Shown piece by piece: positions 1-12,700 of a stretch of 64,000 nt of DNA. The position numbers and the translations under genes are program-made. Each line of letters begins with the position of its first letter. Within the stretch, counting starts at the first letter, position 1. The DNA comes from Auanema rhodensis. Taxonomy: Eukaryota; Animalia; Nematoda. The stretch is from positions 9,238,001 through 9,302,000 of the forward strand of contig OZ059894.1 in the NCBI GenBank assembly GCA_964057225.1. The letters run 5' to 3'. The notes beneath the pieces are model-generated. The model ran no database searches, was not told the origin of the DNA, and was given only the letters and a program-made list of their open reading frames with translations.

Positions 1-152
1 GGAACAGAAAACTATTGTTGAAATCAATTCCAATGTTCAAACTCTGGAATTCTGGAAACTGAATAATACTCATTACTGAAACCGAAACTAGGATTCAGAT
101 GACCGAGAGAACCCAGAAAAGGAATATTTCAAGGTGTCGGAAGGTAAAACAT

Positions 153-225
153 TGCCCCGAACCAGGATCGAACTGGTGACCTTTAGATCTTCAGTCTAAC
201 GCTCTCCCAACTGAGCTATCGAGGC
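153..225 (-). tRNA. tRNA-Phe: tRNA-Phe(GAA), first complete copy of the array; represents the other copies at 153+264k
   Basis: The reverse complement is GCCTCGA TA GCTC AGTTGGGA GAGC G TTAGA CTGAAGA TCTAA AGGTC ACCAG TTCGATC CTGGT TCGGGGC A. It forms a full cloverleaf with anticodon GAA and intact A and B boxes. A TTTT Pol III terminator lies at 146-149. Confidence 0.98.
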
Positions 226-1208
226 TATGATTAGACAGAATAAAGAATTCTTGAAGAGTTATCAGGAACAGAAAACCATAGTTGGAATCAATTCCAATGT
301 TCAAACTCTGGAATCCTGGAAACTGAATAATACTCATTACTGAAACCTAAGCTAGGATTCAGATGACCGATAGAACTCAGAAAAGGAATAATTCAAGGTG
401 TTGGAAGGTAAAACATTGCCCCGAACCAGGATCGAACTGGTGACCTTTAGATCTTCAGTCTAACGCTCTCCCAACTGAGCTATCGAGGCTATGATTAGAC
501 AGAATAAAGAATTCTTGAAGAGTTATCAAGAACAGAAAACCATAGTTGGAATCAATTCCAATGTTCAAACTCTGGAATCCTGGAAACTGAATAATACTCA
601 TTACTGAAACCGAAACTAGGATTCAGAGGACCGATAGAACTCAGAAAAAGAATATTTCAAGGTGTCTGAAGGTAAAACATTGCCCCGAACCAGGATCGAA
701 CTGGTGACCTTTAGATCTTCAGTCTAACGCTCTCCCAACTGAGCTATCGAGGCTCTGATTAGACAGAATAAAGAATTCTTGAAGAGTTATCAGGAACAGA
801 AAACTATTGTTGAAAGCAATTCCAATGTTCAAACTCTGGAATTCTGGAAACTGAATAATACTCATTACTGAAACCGAAACTAGGATTCAGAGGACCGATA
901 GAACTCAGAAAAAGAATATTTCAAGGTGTCTGAAGGTAAAACATTGCCCCGAACCAGGATCGAACTGGTGACCTTTAGATCTTCAGTCTAACGCTCTCCC
1001 AACTGAGCTATCGAGGCTCTGATTAGACAGAATAAAGAATTCTTGAAGAGTTATCAGGAACAGAAAACTATAGTTGAAATCAATTCCAATGTTCAAACTC
1101 TGGAATTCTGGAAACTGAATAATACTCATTACTGAAACCGAAACTAGAATTCAGATGACCGATAGAACTCAGAAAAAGAATATTTCAAGGTGTCTGAAGG
1201 TAAAACAT

Positions 1209-1281
1209 TGCCCCGAACCATGATCGAACTGGTGACCTTTAGATCTTCAGTCTAACGCTCTCCCAACTGAGCTATCGAGGC
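1209..1281 (-). pseudogene. tRNA-Phe copy with a C61>A change in the B box/T stem; possibly inactive, or a sequencing error
   Basis: The plus strand reads accatgatcg instead of accaggatcg (g>t at 1221). This breaks the G53-C61 pair and the last base of the B box. Confidence 0.5.
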
Positions 1282-4200
1282 TATGATTAGACAGAATAAA
1301 GAATTCTTGAAGAGTTATCAGGAACAGAAAACTATTGTTGAAAGCAATTCCAATGTTCAAACTCTGGAATTCTGGAAACTGAATAATACTCATTACTGAA
1401 ACCGAAACTAGGATTCAGAGGACCGATAGAACTCAGAAAAAGAATATTTCAAGGTGTCTGAAGGTAAAACATTGCCCCGAACCAGGATCGAACTGGTGAC
1501 CTTTAGATCTTCAGTCTAACGCTCTCCCAACTGAGCTATCGAGGCTATGAGTAGAGAGAATAAAGAATTCTTGAAGAGTTATGAGGAACAGAAAACCACT
1601 GTTGAAATCAATTCGAATGTTCAAACTCTGGAATCCTCTAATCTGAATAATACTCATTACTGAAACCGAAACTAGGATTCAGATGACCGAGAGAACCCAG
1701 AAAAGGAATATTTCAAGGTGTCGGAAGGTAAAACATTGCCCCGAACCAGGATCGAACTGGTGACCTTTAGATCTTCAGTCTAACGCTCTCCCAACTGAGC
1801 TATCGAGGCTATGATTAGACAGAATAAAGAATTCTTGAAGAGTTATCAGGAACAGAAAACCACTGTTGAAAGAAATTCCAATGTTCAAACTCTGGAATTC
1901 TGGAAACTGAATAATACTCATTACTGAAACCGAAGCTAGGATTCAGATGACCGATAGAACTCAGAAAACGATTATTTCAAGGTGTCGGAAGGTAAAACAT
2001 TGCCCCGAACCAGGATCGAACTGGTGACCTTTAGATCTTCAGTCTAACGCTCTCCCAACTGAGCTATCGAGGCTATGATTAGACAGAATAAAGAATTCTT
2101 GAAGAGTTATCAGTGTCAGAAAACCACTGTTGAAATCAATTCGAATGTTCAAACTCTGGAATCCTGGAAACTGAATAATACTCATTACTGAAACCGAAAC
2201 TAGGATTCAGAGGACCGATAGAACTCAGAAAAAGAATATTTCAAGGTGTCTGAAGGTAAAACATTGCCCCGAGCCAGGATCGAACTGGTGACCTTTAGAT
2301 CTTCAGTCTAACGCTCTCCCAACTGAGCTATCGAGGCTATGAGTAGAGAGAATAAAGAATTCTTGAAGAGTTATGAGGAACAGAAAACCACTGTTGAAAT
2401 CAATTCGAATGTTCAAACTCTGGAATCCTGGAAACTGAATAATACTCATTACTGAAACCGAAGCTAGGATTCAGATGACCGATAGAACTCAGAAAAGGAA
2501 TATTTCAAGGTGTCGGAAGGTAAAACTTTGCCCCGAACCAGGATCGAACTGGTGACCTTTAGATCTTCAGTCTAACGCTCTCCCAACTGAGCTATCGAGG
2601 CTATGATTAGACAGAATAAAGAATTCTTGAAGAGTTATCAGTGTCAGAAAACCACTGTTGAAATCAATTCGAATGTTCAAACTCTGGAATCCTGGAAACT
2701 GAATAATACTCATTACTGAAACCGAAACTAGGATTCAGATGACCGAGAAAACCCAGAAAAGGAATATTTCAAGGTGTCGGAAGGTAAAACATTGCCCCGA
2801 ACCAGGATCGAACTGGTGACCTTTAGATCTTCAGTCTAACGCTCTCCCAACTGAGCTATCGAGGCTATGATTAGACAGAATAAAGAATTCTTGAAGAGTT
2901 ATGAGGAACAGAAAACCACTGTTGAAATCAATTCGAATGTTCAAACTCTGGAATCCTGGAAACTGAATAATACTCATTACTGAAACCGAAGCTAGGATTC
3001 AGATGACCGATAGAACTCAGAAAACGATTATTTCAAGGTGTCGGAAGGTAAAACATTGCCCCGAACCAGGATCGAACTGGTGACCTTTAGATCTTCAGTC
3101 TAACGCTCTCCCAACTGAGCTATCGAGGCTATGAGTAGAGAGAATAAAGAATTCTTGAAGAGTTATGAGGAACAGAAAACCACTGTTGAAAGAAATTCCA
3201 ATGTTCAAACTCTGGAATTCTGGAAACTGAATAATACTCATTACTGAAACCGAAGCTAGGATTCAGATGACCGATAGAACTCAGAAAACGATTATTTCAA
3301 GGTGTCGGAAGGTAAAACATTGCCCCGAACCAGGATCGAACTGGTGACCTTTAGATCTTCAGTCTAACGCTCTCCCAACTGAGCTATCGAGGCTATGATT
3401 AGACAGAATAAAGAATTCTTGAAGAGTTATCAGTGTCAGAAAACCACTGTTGAAATCAATTCGAATGTTCAAACTCTGGAATCCTGGAAACTGAATAATA
3501 CTCATTACTGAAACCGAAACTAGGATTCAGAGGACCGATAGAACTCAGAAAAAGAATATTTCAAGGTGTCTGAAGGTAAAACATTGCCCCGAACCAGGAT
3601 CGAACTGGTGACCTTTAGATCTTCAGTCTAACGCTCTCCCAACTGAGCTATCGAGGCTATGAGTAGAGAGAATAAAGAATTCTTGAAGAGTTATGAGGAA
3701 CAGAAAACCACTGTTGAAATCAATTCCAATATTCAAACTCTGGAATCCTGGAAACTGAATAATACTCATTACTGAAACCGAAACTAGGATTCAGAGGACC
3801 GATAGAACTCAGAAAAAGAATATTTCAAGGTGTCTGAAGGTAAAACATTGCCCCGAACCAGGATCGAACTGGTGACCTTTAGATCTTCAGTCTAACGCTC
3901 TCCCAACTGAGCTATCGAGGCTATGATTAGACAGAATAAAGAATTCTTGAAGAGTTATCAGGAACAGAAAACTATTGTTGAAATCAATTCCAATGTTCAA
4001 ACTCTGGAATTCTGGAAACTGAATAATACTCATTACTGAAACCGAAACTAGGATTCAGAGGACCGATAGAACTCAGAAAAAGAATATTTCAAGGTGTCTG
4101 AAGGTAAAACATTGCCCCGAGCCAGGATCGAACTGGTGACCTTTAGATCTTCAGTCTAACGCTCTCCCAACTGAGCTATCGAGGCTATGAGTAGAGAGAA

Positions 4201-7200
4201 TAAAGAATTCTTGAAGAGTTATGAGGAACAGAAAACCACTGTTGAAATCAATTCCAATATTCAAACTCTGGAATCCTCTAATCTGAATAATACTCATTAC
4301 TGAAACCGAAACTAGGATTCAGATGACCGAGAGAACCCAGAAAAGGAATATTTCAAGGTGTCGGAAGGTAAAACATTGCCCCGAACCAGGATCGAACTGG
4401 TGACCTTTAGATCTTCAGTCTAACGCTCTCCCAACTGAGCTATCGAGGCTATGATTAGACAGAATAAAGAATTCTTGAAGAGTTATCAGGAACAGAAAAC
4501 TATTGTTGAAATCAATTCCAATGTTCAAACTCTGGAATTCTGGAAACTGAATAATACTCATTACTGAAACCGAAACTAGGATTCAGATGACCGATAGAAC
4601 TCAGAAAACGATTATTTCAAGGTGTCGGAAGGTAAAACATTGCCCCGAACCAGGATCGAACTGGTGACCTTTAGATCTTCAGTCTAACGCTCTCCCAACT
4701 GAGCTATCGAGGCTATGATTAGACAGAATAAAGAATTCTTGAAGAGTTATCAGTGTCAGAAAACCACTGTTGAAATCAATTCGAATGTTCAAACTCTGGA
4801 ATCCTGGAAACTGAATAATACTCATTACTGAAACCGAAACTAGGATTCAGAGGACCGATAGAACTCAGAAAAAGAATATTTCAAGGTGTCTGAAGGTAAA
4901 ACATTGCCCCGAGCCAGGATCGAACTGGTGACCTTTAGATCTTCAGTCTAACGCTCTCCCAACTGAGCTATCGAGGCTATGAGTAGAGAGAATAAAGAAT
5001 TCTTGACGAGTTATGAGGAACAGAAAACCACTGTTGAAATCAATTCGAATGTTCAAACTCTGGAATCCTGGAAACTGAATAATACTCATTACTGAAACCG
5101 AAGCTAGGATTCAGATGACCGATAGAACTCAGAAAAGGAATATTTCAAGGTGTCGGAAGGTAAAACTTTGCCCCGAACCAGGATCGAACTGGTGACCTTT
5201 AGATCTTCAGTCTAACGCTCTCCCAACTGAGCTATCGAGGCTATGATTAGACAGAATAAAGAATTCTTGAAGAGTTATGAGGAACAGAAAACCACTGTTG
5301 AAATCAATTCGAATGTTCAAACTCTGGAATCCTGGAAACTGAATAATACTCATTACTGAAACCGAAACTAGGATTCAGATGACCGAGAAAACCCAGAAAA
5401 GGAATATTTCAAGGTGTCGGAAGGTAAAACATTGCCCCGAACCAGGATCGAACTGGTGACCTTTAGATCTTCAGTCTAACGCTCTCCCAACTGAGCTATC
5501 GAGGCTATGATTAGACAGAATAAAGAATTCTTGAAGAGTTATGAGGAACAGAAAACCACTGTTGAAATCAATTCGAATGTTCAAACTCTGGAATCCTGGA
5601 AACTGAATAATACTCATTACTGAAACCGAAGCTAGGATTCAGATGACCGATAGAACTCAGAAAACGATTATTTCAAGGTGTCGGAAGGTAAAACATTGCC
5701 CCGAACCAGGATCGAACTGGTGACCTTTAGATCTTCAGTCTAACGCTCTCCCAACTGAGCTATCGAGGCTATGAGTAGAGAGAATAAAGAATTCTTGAAG
5801 AGTTATGAGGAACAGAAAACCACTGTTGAAAGAAATTCCAATGTTCAAACTCTGGAATTCTGGAAACTGAATAATACTCATTACTGAAACCGAAGCTAGG
5901 ATTCAGATGACCGATAGAACTCAGAAAACGATTATTTCAAGGTGTCGGAAGGTAAAACATTGCCCCGAACCAGGATCGAACTGGTGACCTTTAGATCTTC
6001 AGTCTAACGCTCTCCCAACTGAGCTATCGAGGCTATGATTAGACAGAATAAAGAATTCTTGAAGAGTTATCAGTGTCAGAAAACCACTGTTGAAATCAAT
6101 TCGAATGTTCAAACTCTGGAATCCTGGAAACTGAATAATACTCATTACTGAAACCGAAACTAGGATTCAGAGGACCGATAGAACTCAGAAAAAGAATATT
6201 TCAAGGTGTCTGAAGGTAAAACATTGCCCCGAACCAGGATCGAACTGGTGACCTTTAGATCTTCAGTCTAACGCTCTCCCAACTGAGCTATCGAGGCTAT
6301 GAGTAGAGAGAATAAAGAATTCTTGAAGAGTTATGAGGAACAGAAAACCACTGTTGAAATCAATTCCAATATTCAAACTCTGGAATCCTCTAATCTGAAT
6401 AATACTCATTACTGAAACCGAAACTAGGATTCAGATGACCGAGAGAACCCAGAAAAGGAATATTTCAAGGTGTCGGAAGGTAAAACATTGCCCCGAACCA
6501 GGATCGAACTGGTGACCTTTAGATCTTCAGTCTAACGCTCTCCCAACTGAGCTATCGAGGCTATGATTAGACAGAATAAAGAATTCTTGAAGAGTTATCA
6601 GGAACAGAAAACTATTGTTGAAATCAATTCCAATGTTCAAACTCTGGAATTCTGGAAACTGAATAATACTCATTACTGAAACCGAAACTAGGATTCAGAT
6701 GACCGATAGAACTCAGAAAAAGAATATTTCAAGGTGTCTGAAGGTAAAACATTGCCCCGAACCAGGATCGAACTGGTGACCTTTAGATCTTCAGTCTAAC
6801 GCTCTCCCAACTGAGCTATCGAGGCTATGATTAGACAGAATAAAGAATTCTTGAAGAGTTATCAGGAACAGAAAACTATTGTTGAAATCAATTCCAATGT
6901 TCAAACTCTGGAATTCTGGAAACTGAATAATACTCATTACTGAAACTGAAACTAGGATTCAGATGACCGAGAGAACCCAGAAAAGGAATATTTCAAGGTG
7001 TCGGAAGGTAAAACATTGCCCCGAACCAGGATCGAACTGGTGACCTTTAGATCTTCAGTCTAACGCTCTCCCAACTGAGCTATCGAGGCTATGATTATAC
7101 AGAATAAAGAATTCTTGAAGAGTTATCAGGAACAGAAAACCATAGTTGGAATCAATTCCAATGTTCAAACTCTGGAATCCTGGAAACTGAATAATACTCA

Positions 7201-9656
7201 TTACTGAAACCGAAACTAGGATTCAGAGGACCGATAGAACTCAGAAAAAGAATATTTCAAGGTGTCTGAAGGTAAAACATTGCCCCGAGCCAGGATCGAA
7301 CTGGTGACCTTTAGATCTTCAGTCTAACGCTCTCCCAACTGAGCTATCGAGGCTATGAGTAGAGAGAATAAAGAATTCTTGAAGAGTTATGAGGAACAGA
7401 AAACCACTGTTGAAATCAATTCCAATATTCAAACTCTGGAATCCTCTAATCTGAATAATACTCATTACTGAAACCGAAACTAGGATTCAGATGACCGAGA
7501 GAACCCAGAAAAGGAATATTTCAAGGTGTCGGAAGGTAAAACATTGCCCCGAACCAGGATCGAACTGGTGACCTTTAGATCTTCAGTCTAACGCTCTCCC
7601 AACTGAGCTATCGAGGCTATGATTAGACAGAATAAAGAATTCTTGAAGAGTTATCAGGAACAGAAAACTATTGTTGAAATCAATTCCAATGTTCAAACTC
7701 TGGAATTCTGGAAACTGAATAATACTCATTACTGAAACCGAAACTAGGATTCAGATGACCGATAGAACTCAGAAAACGATTATTTCAAGGTGTCGGAAGG
7801 TAAAACATTGCCCCGAACCAGGATCGAACTGGTGACCTTTAGATCTTCAGTCTAACGCTCTCCCAACTGAGCTATCGAGGCTATGATTAGACAGAATAAA
7901 GAATTCTTGAAGAGTTATCAGGAACAGAAAACTATTGTTGAAATCAATTCCAATGTTCAAACTCTGGAATTCTGGAAACTGAATAATACTCATTACTGAA
8001 ACCGAAACTAGGATTCAGATGACCGATAGAACTCAGAAAAAGAATATTTCAAGGTGTCTGAAGGTAAAACATTGCCCCGAACCAGGATCGAACTGGTGAC
8101 CTTTAGATCTTCAGTCTAACGCTCTCCCAACTGAGCTATCGAGGCTATGATTAGACAGAATAAAGAATTCTTGAAGAGTTATCAGGAACAGAAAACTATT
8201 GTTGAAATCAATTCCAATGTTCAAACTCTGGAATTCTGGAAACTGAATAATACTCATTACTGAAACTGAAACTAGGATTCAGATGACCGAGAGAACCCAG
8301 AAAAGGAATATTTCAAGGTGTCGGAAGGTAAAACATTGCCCCGAACCAGGATCGAACTGGTGACCTTTAGATCTTCAGTCTAACGCTCTCCCAACTGAGC
8401 TATCGAGGCTATGATTATACAGAATAAAGAATTCTTGAAGAGTTATCAGGAACAGAAAACCATAGTTGGAATCAATTCCAATGTTCAAACTCTGGAATCC
8501 TGGAAACTGAATAATACTCATTACTGAAACCGAAACTAGGATTCAGAGGACCGATAGAACTCAGAAAAAGAATATTTCAAGGTGTCTGAAGGTAAAACAT
8601 TGCCCCGAGCCAGGATCGAACTGGTGACCTTTAGATCTTCAGTCTAACGCTCTCCCAACTGAGCTATCGAGGCTATGAGTAGAGAGAATAAAGAATTCTT
8701 GAAGAGTTATGAGGAACAGAAAACCACTGTTGAAATCAATTCCAATATTCAAACTCTGGAATCCTCTAATCTGAATAATACTCATTACTGAAACCGAAAC
8801 TAGGATTCAGATGACCGAGAGAACCCAGAAAAGGAATATTTCAAGGTGTCGGAAGGTAAAACATTGCCCCGAACCAGGATCGAACTGGTGACCTTTAGAT
8901 CTTCAGTCTAACGCTCTCCCAACTGAGCTATCGAGGCTATGATTAGACAGAATAAAGAATTCTTGAAGAGTTATCAGGAACAGAAAACTATTGTTGAAAT
9001 CAATTCCAATGTTCAAACTCTGGAATTCTGGAAACTGAATAATACTCATTACTGAAACCGAAACTAGGATTCAGATGACCGATAGAACTCAGAAAACGAT
9101 TATTTCAAGGTGTCGGAAGGTAAAACATTGCCCCGAACCAGGATCGAACTGGTGACCTTTAGATCTTCAGTCTAACGCTCTCCCAACTGAGCTATCGAGG
9201 CTATGATTAGACAGAATAAAGAATTCTTGAAGAGTTATCAGTGTCAGCAAACCACTGTTGAAATCAATTCGAATGTTCAAACTCTGGAATCCTGGAAACT
9301 GAATAATACTCATTACTGAAACCGAAACTAGGATTCAGAGGACCGATAGAACTCAGAAAAAGAATATTTCAAGGTGTCTGAAGGTAAAACATTGCCCCGA
9401 GCCAGGATCGAACTGGTGACCTTTAGATCTTCAGTCTAACGCTCTCCCAACTGAGCTATCGAGGCTATGAGTAGAGAGAATAAAGAATTCTTGACGAGTT
9501 ATGAGGAACAGAAAACCACTGTTGAAATCAATTCGAATGTTCAAACTCTGGAATCCTGGAAACTGAATAATACTCATTACTGAAACCGAAGCTAGGATTC
9601 AGATGACCGATAGAACTCAGAAAAGGAATATTTCAAGGTGTCGGAAGGTAAAACTT

Positions 9657-9729
9657 TGCCCCGAACCAGGACCGAACTGGTGACCTTTAGATCTTCAGTC
9701 TAACGCTCTCCCAACTGAGCTATCGAGGC
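9657..9729 (-). pseudogene. tRNA-Phe copy with an A58>G change in the B box; possibly inactive, or a sequencing error
   Basis: The plus strand reads ggaccgaac instead of ggatcgaac (t>c at 9672), so the B box GTTCGA becomes GTTCGG. Confidence 0.5.
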
Positions 9730-12700
9730 TATGATTAGACAGAATAAAGAATTCTTGAAGAGTTATCAGTGTCAGAAAACCACTGTTGTAATCAATTCGA
9801 GTGTTCAAACTCTGGAATCCTCGAATCTGAGTAATACTCATTACTGAAACCGAAACTAGGATTCAGAGGACCGATAGAACTCAGAAAAAGAATATTTCAA
9901 GGTGACTGAAGGTAAAACATTGCCCCGAACCAGGATCGAACTGGTGACCTTTAGATCTTCAGTCTAACGCTCTCCCAACTGAGCTATCGAGGCTATGATT
10001 AGACAGAATAAAGAATTCTTGAAGAGTTATCAGTGTCAGAAAACCACTGTTGAAATCAATTCGAATGTTCAAACTCTGGAATCCTGGAAACTGAATAATA
10101 CTCATTACTGAAACCGAAACTAGGATTCAGATGACCGAGAAAACCCAGAAAAGGAATATTTCAAGGTGTCGGAAGGTAAAACATTGCCCCGAACCAGGAT
10201 CGAACTGGTGACCTTTAGATCTTCAGTCTAACGCTCTCCCAACTGAGCTATCGAGGCTATGATTAGACAGAATAAAGAATTCTTGAAGAGTTATCAGTGT
10301 CAGAAAACCACTGTTGTAATCAATTCGAGTGTTCAAACTCTGGAATCCTCGAATCTGAGTAATACTCATTACTGAAACCGAAACTAGGATTCAGAGGACC
10401 GATAGAACTCAGAAAAAGAATATTTCAAGGTGACTGAAGGTAAAACATTGCCCCGAACCAGGATCGAACTGGTGACCTTTAGATCTTCAGTCTAACGCTC
10501 TCCCAACTGAGCTATCGAGGCTATGATTAGACAGAATAAAGAATTCTTGAAGAGTTATCAGTGTCAGAAAACCACTGTTGAAATCAATTCGAATGTTCAA
10601 ACTCTGGAATCCTGGAAACTGAATAATACTCATTACTGAAACCGAAACTAGGATTCAGATGACCGAGAAAACCCAGAAAAGGAATATTTCAAGGTGTCGG
10701 AAGGTAAAACATTGCCCCGAACCAGGATCGAACTGGTGACCTTTAGATCTTCAGTCTAACGCTCTCCCAACTGAGCTATCGAGGCTATGATTAGACAGAA
10801 TAAAGAATTCTTGAAGAGTTATGAGGAACAGAAAACCACTGTTGAAATCAATTCGAATGTTCAAACTCTGGAATCCTGGAAACTGAATAATACTCATTAC
10901 TGAAACCGAAGCTAGGATTCAGATGACCGATAGAACTCAGAAAACGATTATTTCAAGGTGTCGGAAGGTAAAACATTGCCCCGAACCAGGATCGAACTGG
11001 TGACCTTTAGATCTTCAGTCTAACGCTCTCCCAACTGAGCTATCGAGGCTATGAGTAGAGAGAATAAAGAATTCTTGAAGAGTTATGAGGAACAGAAAAC
11101 CACTGTTGAAAGAAATTCCAATGTTCAAACTCTGGAATTCTGGAAACTGAATAATACTCATTACTGAAACCGAAGCTAGGATTCAGATGACCGATAGAAC
11201 TCAGAAAACGATTATTTCAAGGTGTCGGAAGGTAAAACATTGCCCCGAACCAGGATCGAACTGGTGACCTTTAGATCTTCAGTCTAACGCTCTCCCAACT
11301 GAGCTATCGAGGCTATGATTAGACAGAATAAAGAATTCTTGAAGAGTTATCAGTGTCAGAAAACCACTGTTGAAATCAATTCGAATGTTCAAACTCTGGA
11401 ATCCTGGAAACTGAATAATACTCATTACTGAAACCGAAACTAGGATTCAGAGGACCGATAGAACTCAGAAAAAGAATATTTCAAGGTGTCTGAAGGTAAA
11501 ACATTGCCCCGAACCAGGATCGAACTGGTGACCTTTAGATCTTCAGTCTAACGCTCTCCCAACTGAGCTATCGAGGCTATGAGTAGAGAGAATAAAGAAT
11601 TCTTGAAGAGTTATGAGGAACAGAAAACTATTGTTGAAATCAATTCCAATGTTCAAACTCTGGAATTCTGGAAACTGAATAATACTCATTACTGAAACCG
11701 AAACTAGGATTCAGATGACCGATAGAACTCAGAAAAAGAATATTTCAAGGTGTCTGAAGGTAAAACATTGCCCCGAACCAGGATCGAACTGGTGACCTTT
11801 AGATCTTCAGTCTAACGCTCTCCCAACTGAGCTATCGAGGCTATGATTAGACAGAATAAAGAATTCTTGAAGAGTTATCAGGAACAGAAAACTATTGTTG
11901 AAATCAATTCCAATGTTCAAACTCTGGAATTCTGGAAACTGAATAATACTCATTACTGAAACCGAAGCTAGGATTCAGATGACCGATAGAACTCAGAAAA
12001 CGATTATTTCAAGGTGTCGGAAGGTAAAACATTGCCCCGAACCAGGATCGAACTGGTGACCTTTAGATCTTCAGTCTAACGCTCTCCCAACTGAGCTATC
12101 GAGGCTATGATTAGACAGAATAAAGAATTCTTGAAGAGTTATCAGTGTCAGAAAACCACTGTTGAAATCAATTCCAATATTCAAACTCTGGAATCCTCTA
12201 ATCTGAATAATACTCATTACTGAAACCGAAACTAGGATTCAGATGACCGAGAGAACCCAGAAAAGGAATATTTCAAGGTGTCGGAAGGTAAAACATTGCC
12301 CCGAACCAGGATCGAACTGGTGACCTTTAGATCTTCAGTCTAACGCTCTCCCAACTGAGCTATCGAGGCTATGATTAGACAGAATAAAGAATTCTTGAAG
12401 AGTTATCAGGAACAGAAAACTATTGTTGAAATCAATTCCAATGTTCAAACTCTGGAATTCTGGAAACTGAATAATACTCATTACTGAAACCGAAACTAGG
12501 ATTCAGATGACCGATAGAACTCAGAAAAAGAATATTTCAAGGTGTCTGAAGGTAAAACATTGCCCCGAACCAGGATCGAACTGGTGACCTTTAGATCTTC
12601 AGTCTAACGCTCTCCCAACTGAGCTATCGAGGCTATGATTAGACAGAATAAAGAATTCTTGAAGAGTTATCAGGAACAGAAAACTATTGTTGAAATCAAT

